A stretch of DNA of 32,000 nt from Zestosphaera tikiterensis. GTDB taxonomy: Archaea; Thermoproteota; Thermoprotei_A; Sulfolobales; NBVN01. The DNA lies in assembly GCA_003056265.1 (NCBI GenBank), contig NBVN01000001.1:30001-62000 (forward strand). Direction: 5' to 3'. Both the position numbers and the translations under genes were made by a program. Below the pieces are notes generated by a model, which was not told the DNA's origin, did not search any database, and worked only from the letters and a program-made list of their open reading frames with translations. Numbering within the stretch: position 1 is the first letter of the stretch; the number at the start of each line of letters is the position of its first letter. Shown here in pieces: positions 8,881 through 18,353 of the stretch.

Positions 8881-9285
8881 ATGGAAGCTAACGCGTTAGA
8901 TCAAGCGCTCATGGTTGTGGGTACGGTAATGATTGTTTGGGGTGCTGTCTCAGACCTCATAGGGGCTTTAGGGATGTTAAGGTTTCCCAACTTCTTCGTA
9001 AGGCTTCACGCAGCTACGGTGGGGACTATATGGGGTGCCTTCGTACCGTTAATTGGGGTTTCGCTGTTTGCCGCGGGTTATGAAGGATTAGGTTTTTACA
9101 GGTGGTTTATGGCTGGAGGTGCTTTAGTAACGGCTTTCCTGCTGCTTTTGCTGGCTCCTGTCGGTTCACATGCCTTAGCTAGGGCGGCTTACAGATCTAG
9201 AGCGGCTGAAGTAAAACCCAAGGTAGTTGATTTCCTTGAGGAATTCGTTAAGAAGGTTATGGGTGGTGAGAATGATCGAGCCTAA
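8881..9285 (+). CDS. mbhC: MrpG/MbhC-like antiporter membrane subunit
   Basis: An MnhG-like motif LRFPNFFVRLHAATVG, with 3 TM segments. Confidence 0.75.
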   Translation: MEANALDQALMVVGTVMIVWGAVSDLIGALGMLRFPNFFVRLHAATVGTIWGAFVPLIGVSLFAAGYEGLGFYRWFMAGGALVTAFLLLLLAPVGSHALARAAYRSRAAEVKPKVVDFLEEFVKKVMGGENDRA

Positions 9286-9538
9286 ACTAATTTCATATCT
9301 GTTCATGGCTGTTGCTGGAGCCCTATCTTTAATAGCTACGTACCTAGCAGTTATTGAGAAGGACTTAGTTAAAGCTGTTATATATTCAGCTATTCAAAGC
9401 ACAGCATATACGATATTGTTCTACCTTCTCATGGCTCCCGACATAGCTCTAGTTTACATCCCCGTAGCTGTAGGTCTTTACCCCGCCGTCGTTTTCTTCT
9501 TAATTAAGAAGACAGAGAGGTTTGAGGAGAGTGGTTAG
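9272..9538 (+). CDS. mbhD: MbhD-like membrane subunit (DUF4040 / MrpA C-terminal-like)
   Basis: The MAPDIALVYI motif resembles DUF4040. ATG 9272 is preceded by ggtggtgag. The ORF track opens at 9227, inside the previous gene. Confidence 0.65.
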   Translation: MIEPKLISYLFMAVAGALSLIATYLAVIEKDLVKAVIYSAIQSTAYTILFYLLMAPDIALVYIPVAVGLYPAVVFFLIKKTERFEESG

Positions 9539-9540
9539 AG

Positions 9541-10371
9541 ATGCGTTTAGGTAGGTACCTACAGGCCTTCAGCTTGGTTGCTCTTGCTGTTTTACTAGCG
9601 GTGGCACTAACATATAAAGGCTTAGGCGACCTTCCAAACCCTGCCGTTAGAGACCTAGCCCTGTGGTATCTATACACGACCCTCAACCCGGAAGTGCCTA
9701 ACATGACTGTAATGAGTCCTGAAGCTGTTACAGCGATAGTTTGGGATTATAGAGGTTTAGACACGCTCTTCGAAACGATGGTTTTCTTCCTAGCTATCGT
9801 CGGTGCTTTAGCTATCATGAGAGGAATCACCTTAAACGAAGGTGGTGAGGGTCTCCACATAGAGAGGTATGGCTTAAGCCTCATAACGAAAACAGCTACT
9901 AAGCTTTTAGTGCCTTTAATAATAGGCGTCAGCGCGTCTATAGCTCTTCACGGGCATTTAACGCCTGGCGGAGGCTTTCAAGGAGGTTCAGCAGCTGCCG
10001 TAGCTCCTTTACTGGTTTTAGTCATTTTCTCAACATACTACGTTGTGTTTAAGTTAAGGCTTTCAGAGCTCTCGATGATTTCCTTAAGGACCTTAGGGCT
10101 TATGGGTATATACATGACGTCTTTCGCGACGTTGATATTAGGCCTTGTTATTGGAGTTAACGCCTACATCTTTCAAAACATGCCTAAAGCTAATGCGTTC
10201 ATCGGGCTGCCGCCGGCTTTAGGAGGTTCGTTAATAAGCGGGACCCTCTTCTTCTTTAACTTATTTGAGTTTTTCGCTGTTGCGGCAGGATTTACCTTAG
10301 TTTTCATCCTTCTCTCAATACCTGAGGTTAAAGCTCGTGAGGTTCTTAAAGGTGAGGAACATGGACATTAA
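9541..10371 (+). CDS. fused MbhE/MbhF-like membrane subunit (MrpB/MnhB domain)
   Basis: 276 aa. An N-terminal TM hairpin is followed by the MnhB signature AIVWDYRGLDTLFETMVF and further TM helices. It appears to combine what are two genes in the Pyrococcus Mbh operon. Confidence 0.7.
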   Translation: MRLGRYLQAFSLVALAVLLAVALTYKGLGDLPNPAVRDLALWYLYTTLNPEVPNMTVMSPEAVTAIVWDYRGLDTLFETMVFFLAIVGALAIMRGITLNEGGEGLHIERYGLSLITKTATKLLVPLIIGVSASIALHGHLTPGGGFQGGSAAAVAPLLVLVIFSTYYVVFKLRLSELSMISLRTLGLMGIYMTSFATLILGLVIGVNAYIFQNMPKANAFIGLPPALGGSLISGTLFFFNLFEFFAVAAGFTLVFILLSIPEVKAREVLKGEEHGH

Positions 10372-10765
10372 CGGCTTCCTATTCGTATTCATGCTTTCAA
10401 CAATCATGTTAAACCTAGTCATATCTCTTTACGGTGTTTTCGCTAGACCTAGCTTAATTAAGAAGATAATAGCTTTAACGATACTTTCAGACTCGGGTAA
10501 CGTCTTAGCCATAGCCGTAGGTTTTAGAGACTGGCCCAGTGGTTGGTCGCCCTCAACACCACCCGTACTTAACGTTACCTCACCAAAAGCTTCAGACGTT
10601 GTAAGCTTTGCTAGAGTTGCTGTCGATCCATTACCTCAGGCGTTGGTTTTAACGGCTGTAGTGATAGGGTTGGCCGTGATGCTTTTCCTAGTGTTTTTAA
10701 CGCTTCAGATTTACAGGCTTTACGGAACTACGGACGTGAGGAAGGTAGCTAAGCTTAAAGGGTGA
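10361..10765 (+). CDS. mbhG: MrpC/MbhG-like (NuoK-like) membrane subunit
   Basis: 3 TM segments with a NuoK/MnhC-like pattern (LTILSDSGN..., LTAVVIGLAV). ATG 10361 follows ggtgagg. Confidence 0.7.
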   Translation: MDINGFLFVFMLSTIMLNLVISLYGVFARPSLIKKIIALTILSDSGNVLAIAVGFRDWPSGWSPSTPPVLNVTSPKASDVVSFARVAVDPLPQALVLTAVVIGLAVMLFLVFLTLQIYRLYGTTDVRKVAKLKG

Positions 10766-10770
10766 TTAAC

Positions 10771-11277
10771 ATGGAGAGGTTAGGTAAGGCTTTAGGTGTT
10801 GGTTTGGTTGTCTTCATAGTCTACGTTATTTTCTCGGGGTCTGCCTCACCATATGATTTAATAACGGGTGCTTTAGTAGCTGGAGCCACAGGATTTTTAA
10901 CGGCGAACTTAACCGTTGATAAACCAATTAAATTCTTACAACTTCAAAGGCTTGCCTGGCTTTTAACATATGCCGTAAGGTATTTCTTCATCGATGAGGT
11001 TAAGGCACACGTCGATGTAATGCGTAGGATACTACATCCTAGAATGCCTATAAACCCGGGGATAGTTAAAGTACCTTACGAAGTTCAAAGCGATTACGCA
11101 ATACTCACCATAGCTAACTCCATAACGAACACTCCGGGAACTGTGGTTGTGGATGTCGACCCTGAGGGGAAGGCTTTATACGTGCATTGGATAGACGTTA
11201 AAGTGACTGAACCGGATAAAGTACGTGAGGAGGTGTCTAAAGTTTTTGAGAAGTTTGCTAGGAGGATCTTTGATTGA
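10771..11277 (+). CDS. mbhA: MrpE/MbhA-like antiporter subunit
   Basis: MnhE-like ITNTPGTVVVDVD....LYVHWIDV motif. An alternative GTG start is at 10762. Confidence 0.72.
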   Translation: MERLGKALGVGLVVFIVYVIFSGSASPYDLITGALVAGATGFLTANLTVDKPIKFLQLQRLAWLLTYAVRYFFIDEVKAHVDVMRRILHPRMPINPGIVKVPYEVQSDYAILTIANSITNTPGTVVVDVDPEGKALYVHWIDVKVTEPDKVREEVSKVFEKFARRIFD

Positions 11278-11286
11278 GGTGATGTT

Positions 11287-12921
11287 ATGATTGGTTTAAA
11301 CTCCGTAGGTGTTTTAGTACCTTCGCTGGTTGGGTTTGCTTTTATATTACCTTTGCTCGGTAAGTTAATAAAGAACGTTAAGTTCTTCCATATATATGCG
11401 GCTTTAGCTTCTTTATGGGCGGCTATACTAGCTACGTATAACGCCTACTTAGTGTTTACAGCAGGTACTCAAGTATATCCTTTCGGTGGGTGGCCTCCAC
11501 CTTTAGGCATAGCTTACGAGTTGGATAAGCTGAACGCCCTGCTAGGCATGGTTACAGCTTTAGTTATGTTAGCCATCACGATCTACAGCGCTTGGTATTT
11601 AAAGGATTACGAAGGTGTCGCATACTACTACACCCTATTATTAGGTCTTGAGGTAGGGCTTATCGGATGTCTATACACAGGAGATGCTTTCAACCTATTC
11701 GTAATGCTTGAAGTTCTCTCAATAAGTGCTTACGCCCTCGTAGGTTTTTACAGGAGTAAGCCGGAAGCTGTTGAAGCCGCGATTAAGTACGGCATGTTCG
11801 GGGCTGTAGCGACTACCCTATATTTCGTAGGGCTTGTTTTCATATACGCAACCTTCGGGACTTTAAACATGGCTGACCTAGCTTTTAAGCTGACGTTCTA
11901 CGTATATTATCCAGTTCCAAACCCGTTCAGCGGGACTTTCTTCGGCAATCCTTACGTAGCTTCAGCAGTGGCTTTAGCCCTAGCTTTATGGGCTTTCACA
12001 TATAAATCGGCTGCTTTCCCCAATCACTTCTGGTTGCCTGACGCGCATCCGGAAGCTCCTACACCCGTGTCAGCAGCTCTATCCGGTCTCGTAGTTAATG
12101 TCGGTGTTTATGCCATAGTTAGATTCCTCTACACGATCTTCGGGCCTTCAGCTTTCGTGGTGCAGCTTAGGGACGCTGTCTTGATAGCGTTGTTGGTTTT
12201 AGGAATAGCTTCAGGTCTTATCGGGGCTTTAATGATGGTTGTTCAAGAAGACATTAAGAGGTTGTTAGCTTACTCCACTATAAGTCATATAGGCTTAGTG
12301 TTAGTTGGTGTAGCCATAGGTACTTCCTCAACATTAAATCAGAACTCACTTGCTTACGTTTTAGGCTTGGCTGGAGGTATTTACCACATGGTAAACCATA
12401 CCTTAGGTAAAGCACTTCTATTCCTTGTCTCAGGGATCTTAATAGCTTTAGCTGGAGGCAGTAGGAAGCTTGACGACATAGGCGGGGTTGGAAGGAGATA
12501 TCCTTTAGTGAGTCTCGCCCTATTCTTAGGGGTCTTCCAGCTTTTAGGTGTGCCGCCCTTCGGCGGTTTCTTCAGTAAACTACTCATCTATAGTGCTTAC
12601 ATGGAGGCCGGAATGCCGTACGTTTCCTTAATGGTTATATTGATTTCAGCTATATCACTCTTAGGTTATGTGAAGCTAATTTACGCAAGCGTTTTTAAAG
12701 TTGGGAGTCCTAAAGTGGAGCAAACAACTAAGGTTTCACTGCCTACAGCGATCGTCTTAGCTTTAGGGATTGCTTGCTTGGTAACTGGCTTAGCGACTAC
12801 CTACATAACCTCCATGATGTTCGACGTCGTCGGGTCTTTCGCAACACCTCAAGGTGTTTACGACTACTGGCAGTCTTTCTTCAACACGTTGTTAAACTTG
12901 GCTTCAGGTGTTATGAGGTGA
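11287..12921 (+). CDS. mbhH: MrpD/NuoL-M-N-like proton-translocating antiporter subunit (MbhH-like)
   Basis: 544 aa with about 14 TM segments. Conserved WLPDAHPEAPTPVSA and HMVNH..GKALLFL motifs of the complex I antiporter-like family. Confidence 0.9.
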   Translation: MIGLNSVGVLVPSLVGFAFILPLLGKLIKNVKFFHIYAALASLWAAILATYNAYLVFTAGTQVYPFGGWPPPLGIAYELDKLNALLGMVTALVMLAITIYSAWYLKDYEGVAYYYTLLLGLEVGLIGCLYTGDAFNLFVMLEVLSISAYALVGFYRSKPEAVEAAIKYGMFGAVATTLYFVGLVFIYATFGTLNMADLAFKLTFYVYYPVPNPFSGTFFGNPYVASAVALALALWAFTYKSAAFPNHFWLPDAHPEAPTPVSAALSGLVVNVGVYAIVRFLYTIFGPSAFVVQLRDAVLIALLVLGIASGLIGALMMVVQEDIKRLLAYSTISHIGLVLVGVAIGTSSTLNQNSLAYVLGLAGGIYHMVNHTLGKALLFLVSGILIALAGGSRKLDDIGGVGRRYPLVSLALFLGVFQLLGVPPFGGFFSKLLIYSAYMEAGMPYVSLMVILISAISLLGYVKLIYASVFKVGSPKVEQTTKVSLPTAIVLALGIACLVTGLATTYITSMMFDVVGSFATPQGVYDYWQSFFNTLLNLASGVMR

Positions 12922-13286
12922 TGAGCATGTTCCTAGATCCTTTAACCGCTACTTTAATATTGTCTGGCGTTTTAGCCTTCACAGCTTTGATTACGTGGTT
13001 TATTTACTCAGTCGTTAAGAGCAACCCAACAAACGTTTCTGAAGAGTTTAAAGAACCTTACTTAGCTGGCGAGCCTACCTCAACGTTGTCAAGGATTGAC
13101 GCCCCTTCCAACACGCTCTTCTGGGGTTTTATATATGGCTTATCGCGTAAGCTATACCACTACTTAAGGGAGAGAATGCATAGCGGTATACTTAACGAGT
13201 GGGGTGAGTATATGTCTGTCTACTTAGGTTTGTTGTCTCTTATAGGGCTTCTTTTCACGGCTTTAATCCTCTTAAGAGGTGGTTGA
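12921..13286 (+). CDS. small membrane subunit (MbhI-like)
   Basis: The ATG overlaps the mbhH TGA (TGATG). About 121 aa, with an N-terminal and a C-terminal TM helix. The function call rests on position only. The ORF track extension back to 12774 lies inside mbhH. Confidence 0.55.
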   Translation: MSMFLDPLTATLILSGVLAFTALITWFIYSVVKSNPTNVSEEFKEPYLAGEPTSTLSRIDAPSNTLFWGFIYGLSRKLYHYLRERMHSGILNEWGEYMSVYLGLLSLIGLLFTALILLRGG

Positions 13287-13290
13287 TGTA

Positions 13291-14283
13291 ATGGACATCA
13301 TGTACATACTCGGTGTTTTAGCTTCAGCGCTTACATACCCTGGGTTAGCGACGTTATGGATTATCTCAATGTTTAGTGAGTGGTGGGTTAGGAAACTAAC
13401 CGCTAGAGCTCAGAGGAGGATGGGACCTACGTATGTAGGCCCTCTAGGCGTCCTTCAACCATTCGCAGACTTCATAAAGCTATTGGTGGTTAAGTCTGAA
13501 TCCTCGCAAAGATATGGGAATATATCGCTGGCTAAAGCGTTTGCCTTCGTAGGTATTGGAGCGTTAGTAGCTTCAACTTTACTGCTCCCGATCTCACCGT
13601 ACTCAATATACTCTAGATATGACTTAATACTGTTGATTTACTTCTTCGGAGTGTGGGTAGCGGTTTCTGAGGTTGTAATCGCTATATCCATACCTAACCC
13701 ATTCACTCTTAAAGGGGCTTCAAGATATGCGTCAGTAATAGCTTTATGCGAACCTGCGTTCTTCCTCTCGTTATTAATCCCAGCATATTTAACGGCTAAG
13801 GTCTTAAAAGCTGAGCCGACGTGGTCCATTACGGCGGTAGTAAGTTACGCTCCGCAGCTATGGCTGAACCCACTTACTTTAATACCTATGTTACTCTCCC
13901 TAATCTCTATATTGGTAGCAACGCAATCCAAGCTTATGCTGCCCCCGTTTAACATACCTGAAGCCGAACAAGAAGTTATAGCAGGACCAACTACGGAATT
14001 AAGCGGGCCTTTACTGGCTTTATTTAACTTCATACATGACGCCGACTTAGCGATCTCATCGTTGATAATCACTTTAGCGTTCCTCGGAGGTCCATATCCT
14101 TTCGAGAGCAACCCAGCGTTAGGTGCTTTAACAACTATAGTTAAGTTCCTGCTAGTGTTAACCGTCATCACAGTCATCAGGGCTTCCTTCGGTAGGTTCA
14201 GACTAGAGCAAGGACTTAAAACTATAGTCAAGTACTCCATTACGCCGGGCTTAATAGGTCTGGCCATAGCTTTAATAATATAA
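13291..14283 (+). CDS. mbhM: NuoH/MbhM-like membrane subunit
   Basis: NuoH signature RRMGPTYVGPLGVLQPFADFIKLL, with about 8 TM segments. ATG 13291 lies 9 nt after agaggtgg. The ORF track opens at GTG 13279. Confidence 0.88.
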   Translation: MDIMYILGVLASALTYPGLATLWIISMFSEWWVRKLTARAQRRMGPTYVGPLGVLQPFADFIKLLVVKSESSQRYGNISLAKAFAFVGIGALVASTLLLPISPYSIYSRYDLILLIYFFGVWVAVSEVVIAISIPNPFTLKGASRYASVIALCEPAFFLSLLIPAYLTAKVLKAEPTWSITAVVSYAPQLWLNPLTLIPMLLSLISILVATQSKLMLPPFNIPEAEQEVIAGPTTELSGPLLALFNFIHDADLAISSLIITLAFLGGPYPFESNPALGALTTIVKFLLVLTVITVIRASFGRFRLEQGLKTIVKYSITPGLIGLAIALII

Positions 14284-14346
14284 ATGTCTTCATGAGACAT
14301 CATTTTATAAACAGGATGGCGTACACTATTATGAGGGTGTAAAGGA

Positions 14347-14574
14347 GTGCCCGTTGAGCTCAGCTTGAAATATGACCGCGTTGGTGACGTCCTTTATATT
14401 AGGCTAAGGGGTGGTAAAGTCGTTGATTCTGACGAAGTTACCCCAGGCATTATAGTTGATTATAATGAGAAGGGGGAGATAACTGGCATAGAGATATTGT
14501 GGTTCTCGAAGAGAAAGCTGGATCTCAGCAAGCTGATCCTGGAAGGGCCCGAGGCTATGGTGGCTGAGGCTTGA
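14347..14574 (+). CDS. DUF2283-family protein (putative antitoxin)
   Basis: 75 aa. YDRVGDVLYIRL....GIIVDYNEKGEITGIEIL matches the DUF2283 pattern. A 4-nt overlap joins it to the next ORF. Confidence 0.7.
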   Translation: MPVELSLKYDRVGDVLYIRLRGGKVVDSDEVTPGIIVDYNEKGEITGIEILWFSKRKLDLSKLILEGPEAMVAEA

Positions 14575-14825
14575 AAATACGCTATACGCTACACGCGCTT
14601 GAACGTATACATCAAAGAGGCATAGCTAAGGAACTCGTTGAAGAATGCATCCGCAACCCCGATAGAGACGAGAAGCTGGAATATGCGCACAGGTGCATAA
14701 AGAAGCTTAACGATATGGTCCTAATAGTTATTTACAGAAAAGACAATGACTCCATCATGATTTTGACAGCGTTCAAGTCCACAAAATCCATAAATATCTA
14801 TAGGATAGCAGCTTTCACCTACTGA
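14571..14825 (+). CDS. DUF4258-family protein (putative toxin)
   Basis: 84 aa. N-terminal YTLHALERIHQRGI..E.V is typical of DUF4258. The TTG start overlaps the upstream TGA. Confidence 0.65.
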   Translation: MKIRYTLHALERIHQRGIAKELVEECIRNPDRDEKLEYAHRCIKKLNDMVLIVIYRKDNDSIMILTAFKSTKSINIYRIAAFTY

Positions 14826-15359
14826 AAGACCTACAACTCTACAGTTTCATAACTACTCTCTTATCCAGAAAGAGTTTCAAGATATAACTCTATAGTCTCC
14901 TCAACATCCAGCTCTACATGGGCCGATGAGACGTTTACAACCCCGCTTGGATTAGTATATATCCTGCTACTCTCGCCGAGGCTCAGGGGTAGTATCATGC
15001 TTGAGGCTATTACGAGTAGTAGTGCTATAGAGAGGTATCTCTGTCACCCCATATACCCCACCCTGAATTAGTATGCATAAATACAAGGCATACCTAATGA
15101 ATTTTCCACCCTAAATTCCCGCTACAGGTAAAGAGCCTGAAGCAACTAGGCTGAGAAGGAGCAAACCAACCCCTGAACCAGCTTTCACGGATCCATAGGG
15201 TAAAAGGTAAGGGTTTGGAGAGCACTCTAAGCGTGAATGTATCTAATAAAGTAGGGCCACTTTTAATATGTGGATAATGGATTTATAAGCTAAGGCTTTT
15301 TATATGCTCCTTAGTAACATATGCAGAGCGGGTTCAGGTCTGAGTCTTGAGGTAGTATA

Positions 15360-17750
15360 GTGGGTTGGATCGCTATGGCTGGAGATATTGATAAAGTATT
15401 TAGTGAGGTTTCCTCGAGGCCTACTGGTTTAACTAGTGCTGAGGCTGCTGAGAGGCTTAGGGTGTATGGTTATAATGTTGTTGAGGAGAAGCGTGAGAGC
15501 GCCCTAGCGGATTTTTTGAGGAGGCTTTGGAACCCGATGGCGTGGCTCCTCGAGATCGCTGTAGTCCTATCGTTCGCCATAGGCCACTTTACCGAGGGCT
15601 TGATAATACTGGCGCTATTATTCATCAACGCCGTCATAGGGTTTAGGCACTCTAGGACGAGCACGAAGGCTCTAGAGCTATTAAAGTCTAAGCTCAGGCC
15701 TACAGCGAAGGTTCTTAGGGATGGCTCCTGGAGGATTATTGATGTCAGGGAGATCGTGCCCGGCGATATTGTTCTCCTTGAAATAGGGGATATTGTCCCA
15801 GCTGACGGCGTCTTATTCGAGGGCTCTGTGGAAGTAGATCAATCAATGCTCACGGGCGAGTCTCTGCCAGTAGAGAAGAACACTGGTGACAAGCTCTTCG
15901 CTGGATCAGCTGTGAGGCGTGGGAGAGGCAAGATAGTTGTTTCTGCAACAGGATCTAGAACATACTTTGGGAGAACAGCTGAGCTCGTGAAGATAGCTAG
16001 GCCTAGATCCCACCAGCAGGAGGTCATGCTTCAGATAACCAAGTACATGATGCTCCTCGGTGTAGCTGTAATGATCACGTCAATAATATACGCTCTCGTA
16101 ATGAACGTCACTAATGAAGTCGTTAAGCTACTAGTATTATCCATAAGCATACTCATGGGCGCTGTACCAGTAGCCCTCCCAGCCGTCCTCTCCATTATGC
16201 AGGCTGTTGCAGCCATCGAGATGGCTCGTAGGGGCGTACTAGTAACAAGGCTCGACGCTATAGAGGATGCAAGCATGGTCACCGTGATGTGCATGGATAA
16301 GACGGGTACTATAACCATAAATAAGCTCTCAATAGTGGATGTGAAGCCCTTCAACGGGCTCTCCCAGGAGGAGGTGCTTAAACTAGCATACATGGCTACA
16401 CCAGATGTCTCAACAAGCCCCATAGATGAAGTAGTAAGAGGCCACGTCGAGTCAAAGGACCTTAAACCCTCCTACAAGCTAAAGGAGTTTAAGCCGTTCA
16501 CACCGGAGTCTAAGAGGAGTGAGGCACTCGTTGAATACAATGGGAGCACTATTAGAGTCGCCCTTGGAGCCCCACAGGTTATAGCATCAATATCCAGTGA
16601 CAGCAGAGACGTCATCGAGTCCTACAACAGGGTTCTAGAAGAGTACTCGAGCAGGGGTTACAGAGCCCTAGGCGTAGCCTTCGGCTCCAGCGGACTCAGG
16701 ATAGCTGGGCTAATAGCTCTAGCCGACCCACCTAGACCGGAGTCACGGAGCCTCATAGGGAAGCTTAAGGAGCTGGGGTTAAAGGTCGTCATGATCACTG
16801 GTGACAACAAGCTCATCGCTAGAGAGGTTGCGAGCTCCGTTGGGATCGGGGATGAAGTATACAGCATTAGCGAGGTAAAGGTTAACGGGGGCCTTGCCGA
16901 CAGCGTTGTAGATGCTGACGCTATAGCCGAGGTTCTTCCCGAGGACAAGTACTATATCGTTAAGAAATTCCAGGAGGAAGGCCATAGGGTCGGCATGACG
17001 GGTGACGGCGTAAATGATGCACCAGCATTGAGGCAGGCTGAGCTCGGCGTAGCAGTTAGCAACGCTAGTGATGTAGCGAAGAGCGCTGCAAGCGTTGTAT
17101 TAACTAAGCCGGGTTTAGAGGGGATAGTCGATGTCGTGTATACAAGTAGATCTGTCTACCAGAGAGCACTCACATGGATGGTGAACAAGGTTACGAAGAC
17201 CATTCAGTTCACACTTCTAGCAGCACTAGCGTTTCTATGGATGCGTCAAGACGTTATAACACTCATGGGTATGACTCTCCTAGTGTTCTCAAACGACTTC
17301 GCCACGATGAGTCTTGCAACAGATAATGTCCGCCCCATGCCTAGGCCTGGGAGGCTCAACGTGAGAAATATAGTGCTGGTCTCAAGCATTATTGGCTTAT
17401 GGCTAGTAGTCTTCGGTGCACTAGCCCTCTACATAGGCAGGTACATATTCAACTATAGTGTGGGGGAGCTGCAGACATTCATGTTGCTAATGCTAGTGTT
17501 CTCAAGCCAGTTCAGAATACTGGTTGTAAGGGAAAGGGGGCCATTCTACAGCTCTAAACCAAGTAGAGAACTCCTACTCTCGGTAACAGGGGTTCTCGCA
17601 GCGTTCACGCTCCTAGGGGTACTCGGCGTAATCATCACCCCAATACCCTTGGAGGGAGTATTATCCGCATTACTGTACTCAGCTGCAATAACGTTCTCGG
17701 TGGACCCTGTAAAGGTACTCATATTCAAGAGGTCTGGTATAGAGTTGTAG
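15360..17750 (+). CDS. P-type ATPase, type IIIA (plasma-membrane H+-ATPase-like)
   Basis: 796 aa. Motifs present: TGES, CMDKTGTITINKLS (phosphorylation site), MITGDN and GMTGDGVNDAPAL, with 10 predicted TM regions. The GTG start lies 7 nt after tgaggt. GC content and codon usage are higher than in the flanking operons. Confidence 0.9.
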   Translation: MGWIAMAGDIDKVFSEVSSRPTGLTSAEAAERLRVYGYNVVEEKRESALADFLRRLWNPMAWLLEIAVVLSFAIGHFTEGLIILALLFINAVIGFRHSRTSTKALELLKSKLRPTAKVLRDGSWRIIDVREIVPGDIVLLEIGDIVPADGVLFEGSVEVDQSMLTGESLPVEKNTGDKLFAGSAVRRGRGKIVVSATGSRTYFGRTAELVKIARPRSHQQEVMLQITKYMMLLGVAVMITSIIYALVMNVTNEVVKLLVLSISILMGAVPVALPAVLSIMQAVAAIEMARRGVLVTRLDAIEDASMVTVMCMDKTGTITINKLSIVDVKPFNGLSQEEVLKLAYMATPDVSTSPIDEVVRGHVESKDLKPSYKLKEFKPFTPESKRSEALVEYNGSTIRVALGAPQVIASISSDSRDVIESYNRVLEEYSSRGYRALGVAFGSSGLRIAGLIALADPPRPESRSLIGKLKELGLKVVMITGDNKLIAREVASSVGIGDEVYSISEVKVNGGLADSVVDADAIAEVLPEDKYYIVKKFQEEGHRVGMTGDGVNDAPALRQAELGVAVSNASDVAKSAASVVLTKPGLEGIVDVVYTSRSVYQRALTWMVNKVTKTIQFTLLAALAFLWMRQDVITLMGMTLLVFSNDFATMSLATDNVRPMPRPGRLNVRNIVLVSSIIGLWLVVFGALALYIGRYIFNYSVGELQTFMLLMLVFSSQFRILVVRERGPFYSSKPSRELLLSVTGVLAAFTLLGVLGVIITPIPLEGVLSALLYSAAITFSVDPVKVLIFKRSGIEL

Positions 17751-17806
17751 GGATTAAACGGGTTTTTAAAGTTGGAGATTGTGAGGGAAGCGAGGTAGCC
17801 CCGTTG

Positions 17807-18290
17807 CTAGCGCCTCCTTATAAGCATGTATACTAGTGCTCCAGCCACGGCTACTGCTGTAGCTACCCCTATCACCTCCAGCTGTATTCCCATCTGTGCC
17901 TGCGGCTCCTCGACTACTACTTTAAGCATGGAGAGCTGGTTGAACTCTACCTCGTCTACAGGGATATTGTTCAACAGTATCTTAACGCCCTGCTCCCTCG
18001 TAATCCCTACTCTCGCAGCCCTTAGTTCTTCACTTGTTGCTACTGTTGCAGTCGTGTTGTATAGCCATCAACAGTTGAGTTCCTCCTTATGAACCTGGGT
18101 GTCTCGAAGCCTACTATTAGCATACGCGTACCCGGGTCGCTTGTTACATTTAGTGAGGCGTGGGATGGCTTAAGCTCTACTTCTCTAAGCACGGTGAGCA
18201 TCTGGCTGAGGCCTATGCTACTAGACCTGGTATCTCCATGGTGATTGAGCCGGTGAGGTTGGATAGGGCTTCAATCAACCTAGCCACGTC
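17807..18290 (-). pseudogene. decayed gene fragment ending in a C-terminal TM anchor plus RRR tail (surface-protein-like)
   Basis: Hand translation of the minus strand gives three consecutive frame segments. The last one (17807-18067) reads ...EEPQAQMGIQLEVIGVATAVAVAGALVYMLIRRR*. No intact start codon is found. The plus-strand ORF 17826-18092 is its Ser/Thr/Ala-rich mirror image. Confidence 0.3.
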
Positions 18291-18353
18291 TCCTAGATAA
18301 GTGTTTACATATATGTTGAGTTACCAATAAATACATAAAGATGGTGATGTGAC

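Noticed and set aside
12774-12920. N-terminal extension of the ORF track entry 12774-13286.
   Set aside because: The extension lies inside the 3' end of the MrpD-like gene in another frame. An ATG at 12921 overlapping the upstream TGA gives a sensible small membrane protein.
14860-15050. Minus-strand small ORF with a signal-peptide-like start (YLSIALLLVIASSMILPLSLG...).
   Set aside because: Careful re-translation showed the frame is broken at a G run (about 14945-14949), leaving only about 32 codons after the ATG. It is at best gene debris.
17826-18092. 88-aa plus-strand ORF (Ser/Thr/Ala-rich).
   Set aside because: It is the antisense image of a minus-strand reading frame that ends in a convincing TM anchor plus RRR tail, and it has no start context of its own. 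I treated the minus-strand fragment as the real, though decayed, coding sequence.
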